Below, piece after piece: positions 61,444 through 64,000 of a DNA stretch of 64,000 bases. Source of the stretch: the human T2T-CHM13v2.0 reference genome, Homo sapiens; NCBI RefSeq assembly GCF_009914755.1, contig NC_060933.1; one strand, written 5' to 3'. Made by a program: the position numbers and the translations under genes. The notes below the pieces were generated by a model that was not told the origin of the DNA, ran no database searches, and saw nothing but the letters and a program-made list of their open reading frames with translations. Within the stretch, counting starts at the first letter, position 1. Every line of letters begins with the position of its first letter.

Positions 61444-64000
<2,557 letters not shown>

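Overview
Repeat-dense, AT-rich hominid (most likely human) genomic DNA from a class II olfactory-receptor cluster. Two intact single-coding-exon OR genes lie convergently: OR1N2 (+, 24499/24541-25491) and OR1L8 (-, 38874-39803); from recall this is the 9q33.2 cluster. Most of the rest is transposon-derived: a two-LTR, internally deleted HERV-H provirus with TSDs (2052-7502, -), solo LTRs, an LTR-less ERV-L pol fragment, many L1s (several nested or twin-primed) and about 14 Alus. No rRNA, tRNA or CRISPR features. I cannot establish a wholly new system from sequence alone. The best leads are: (1) an intact HERV-H splice donor plus a well-defined 133-nt minus-strand exon that could link LTR7 to the OR gene left of the window; (2) a 100-bp inverted copy of a neighbouring Alu that looks like a templated repair insertion; (3) a perfect 42-bp-arm palindrome; (4) an ERV LTR U3-R piece that appears to have been retroposed by L1 machinery. 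Repeat subfamily names and reference-allele comparisons are from memory and need checking.
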